DNA of 61,125 nucleotides, the filler included, from Gonapodya sp. JEL0774 (Eukaryota): the NCBI GenBank assembly GCA_027604505.1. It is 14 parts of 14 records of this genome, joined end to end, with 100 filler letters (N's around TTAATTAATTAA, not from the genome) between each part and the next. Parts side by side here need not be neighbours in the genome. Positions count along the whole stretch, not along the records: positions 56,881 to 61,125 come from JADIIX010001009.1; 13 more parts are not named here. The stretch is one strand, 5' to 3'. Shown piece by piece: positions 58,268 to 61,125 of this stretch. A model generated the notes under the pieces. It did no database searches, was not told the DNA's origin, and was given only the letters and a program-made list of their open reading frames with translations. The position numbers were made by a program, and so were the translations under genes. How positions within the stretch are numbered: the stretch's first letter is position 1; the number at the start of each line of letters is the position of its first letter.

Positions 58268-59900
58268 CTAAAGTGCTCGTGTACTTAGCATTACGCTTGC
58301 CCCTCGCGGACTGATCTTGGAAACACCTGCGTCCCCATGAATTCCAAATGGCAACGGGCCCAAGATAGCCACGGGGAAAATCCTGCGAAAGCCAGAATGC
58401 GCGTCATTTACATGGAAAGAAAGTAAGGAGCGCGAGCGGCTTACCCCCGTGAACCTCCACGATTCAAGTTTTGGCCTGTGCACCAGTCATCTGCGAACAG
58501 CGTGTCGCAAAAGATGACATCACCTTTGTCGACGTAAAGCTCGTCGGATGCACTTGGGGCTTGAGAAGGGTTAAAGCAATGTTATGTTAGCTTTACTCCG
58601 AAGCGTTGCAAGTCTCGACATTGGTTTGCATGGAACTTACTATAGCCAAAGAGCGCAGCTGCCTGCACGTTCACAACCATTCCTTGCCCACCTGGGAATC
58701 CCCCAAGCTGTTGGTACAGCTTGGTGCTTTGAATTGCTGTGCTGTCCGTGAACGCAGTCGTAGTCATCGAGCCTGGCACCTGGGTTCCTCCTTCGGACGT
58801 TGCTGGGACCAATACCATCCCACTGAAACTGTTGTAATTCACGTATGGAGACGAAGGGGGAGGAGGTCCGGCGTACTCCGAGTAAGGAGGCTGGGGCTGG
58901 GGAAGTCCAGTTGACGACGGAGGGCCTTGAACGTCCCCGAGGAGTTGAGCGCTTGCGCCAGTGGATGGCAACTGTGCACTTGCAAGGGCAGGCACAGGCG
59001 CAGGCGGCGGTCCCGGTGGGGGGTACGGTGATGCATTCAAAGCGAGTGGTGCAGGTGTTTCGGTGTTGCCACTGGGTTTGGGTTCCTTTCGCTTCCTTTG
59101 GACGAGGAATGCGCCGACGCCGACAGCGGCCAGAAGGACAACACCTCCGACGACTCCACCAGCAATAGCAGCAACGGGCGTTGAAGAGTCACTTGCAGCC
59201 GGTGAAATGCCTTGGACGGTCGACGGGTTGGTGCTGGCTGGTGGGGCGTTCACGCTCGCGCTGGATACTACTGCAGAAGAAAGGGGGATGCTGCTGCTCA
59301 CGTATACCGACGCTGAGCTCGAAAGGACTGCCGATGAAGTCGCCATTGATGAGCTCATGGAGGTTGTCGGAGCGCTTGATGTGGACGACGCGAGGACAGT
59401 TGAAATCGTTCTCGACGACGACGCGCTAGAACTGGTCGAGGCTGAGGTTGCGGGGCAGTAGACGGACGACCAGCCACCGTATTTAATCTAGGTCCACACG
59501 CGACGTTGTGAGAGCAGTCCATAACGATAGCAATCTTGAAGATCTCACGTAGTAAGTACTGCAAGTTATACTGTCGAGAAACGAGTCTGAGAACCCGCAG
59601 ACCTGATTCACCTCGTTGAGGAATTCGACTGTAGACGAGCTGGTCATTCCGAATACTACATATAGGCATGTAGTGTATAACGTGAGCTGTGGAAAAAGAT
59701 GCGTGCGAAAGTTAATGGTGAGGTTTGTACGAACGCCAAGACGGCGACACGCTCGTCGCACCGGAAAGCAAGGCAAGACTTACTTGAGAGCTCGAGCAGA
59801 GAGCGGTTCGGACATAGCTGGAGCAGTTCGTAGGCGATGTGGAGATGCTGAATGGTGGAGTAACCGAGACGGTGCAAAAAGGGTGAAGTGCATTCGCAAA
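58268..59900 (-). CDS. Type I membrane protein: Ser-rich ectodomain, TM helix, Pro-rich tail and C-terminal SH3 domain
   Basis: TM AAIAGGVVGGVVLLAAVGVGAFLV followed by RKRK. Spliced SH3 AAALFGY..SASDELYVDKGDVIFCDTLFADDWCTGQNLNRGGSR|GIFP. 5' end uncertain. Confidence 0.75.
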
Positions 59901-61125
59901 TCGCGACGGTGAGCACCAGCTCTCCGAACTCAACTCACCACACAGAGGAAAAGGAGACACAAGGTCCGCAATCAACCGCACGCCTTTTGAGCGCAAGGTC
60001 CGATGAAGTCGAGGCGTGACTTGATAGGTCTGTTTCATATCCGGATGGGAGAGTTCGCGGCACTGAACGTGAAGACCCGTGATCAGAGATGTGTGTTTCT
60101 GAGGCATGGCTGGGACAGCGAACACAAACAACGCTCACGTGGAAGATCACCGAGAACGGTTGGTGTGCTCGTTAAGGCGAGTCCGAAGAGGAAGAACAAG
60201 GGGACAGACACGAACGTGGAGTGGCGCATCACTTCGTTGGTCCAACGAGGTGTGCAGGAACAGTGAGGCAAACACGTCAGAACAGCGATAACCCCGTGGA
60301 CAGATCTTCACTGCTCGGGGTTTTTGGAGTCTTCTTGTACCAACATTAAGGGGATCTTGGCGCCTTGGCATTTAGTGGACCCGTTACCTCCCGCACTTGC
60401 GGCTTTGTGCAGCATCCGAACCCAACGTGGTCGACTATTGGACTGGTTCAGAGGCAAATGCAACGAGGTTCGCTTCCATATTCACTCCATTCTATTCACC
60501 CACCTGGTTTATGTTTATCGCCTTGTGTGCTGCTTTCAAATTGCTCGTCGGGCAATTGATTACGATCAAGCGCGCCGTCGAACAAGGTGCAGCTCCGGCT
60601 GAAAGCTTGAAAGAACACTGACAGTGTTGCTGCTCTTGCTGCATTATCGATCTACATTTTCAATGCGGTTTTCCGAAAGGATGGTGGTTTTGAGAATCTC
60701 TTCGCCGTCTCATATTGATACTCTTGATGTGGTATGAAAATCAGTTTCGCTCTGGCATCCTTTGCAGTTGAACAGACAATGCATGTATATGTAGGTGCGC
60801 GACTATGTGCAGATAAATGATTGCGCTTTCGGGCAACTTGACCCGCCTTTGTGAGTCATACATTGTCACGAACACCAAACAGGATCAATTATTCAAGTGC
60901 ACGCTGTGGAGAGCACGGAGAGAGATCGTTTTCCCAAAACGAATCAAATGCGTAATGGCATGAACGCGTAAACAGGTGGTCGGAGGAGTCTTCGCTGGGA
61001 AATGAACGCGCGAACCGACCCCTTCGCGATCACTTCGCACGCCTTGTACTTCACAGAACTCGCACTCTGATCCGCACCCATTATCAGTCCCATCCCTTTG
61101 CCGTTTTTGCAAATGGACCACAAGC

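Overview
This window is not contiguous DNA. It is 14 unrelated ~4.25-4.29 kb contigs in descending size order, joined by 100-nt N44-TTAATTAATTAA-N44 six-frame-stop linkers. The contigs are 1-4289, 4390-8676, 8777-13062, 13163-17448, 17549-21833, 21934-26214, 26315-30594, 30695-34974, 35075-39342, 39443-43710, 43811-48074, 48175-52433, 52534-56780 and 56881-61125. Gene neighbourhood is only meaningful within a contig. The DNA is eukaryotic, with short 60-90 nt GT-AG introns and fungal-type genes. An early-diverging zoosporic fungus (chytrid/monoblepharid-like) is inferred but not proven. Recognisable host genes, many truncated, include HSP104, PER1, the RRP6 N-terminus, HBS1, KAR2/BiP, the PFK C-terminus, an EFM6-like methyltransferase, ZCCHC9-like, a front-end desaturase, a C2H2 transcription factor, a GPCR-like protein, a P450, SH3 proteins, an Agd3-like deacetylase, a CBA1-like B12-binding protein and a nucleoside deaminase. 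The most interesting contig is 39443-43710. It carries an intronless virus-like D5/SF3 primase-helicase and a tandemly duplicated iteron/AT-rich origin-like segment just downstream. A decayed IS607 element follows, with serine-recombinase TnpA overlapping the N-terminus of a TnpB/Fanzor2 gene and hidden in frames the ORF track splits. An MLKL-like four-helix-bundle gene lies next to it. Contig 21934-26214 holds a CpG-depleted, decayed PIF/Harbinger element (transposase plus Myb/SANT) beside a USP-like protease ORF. All family assignments are from motif recognition by eye; no database searches were run.
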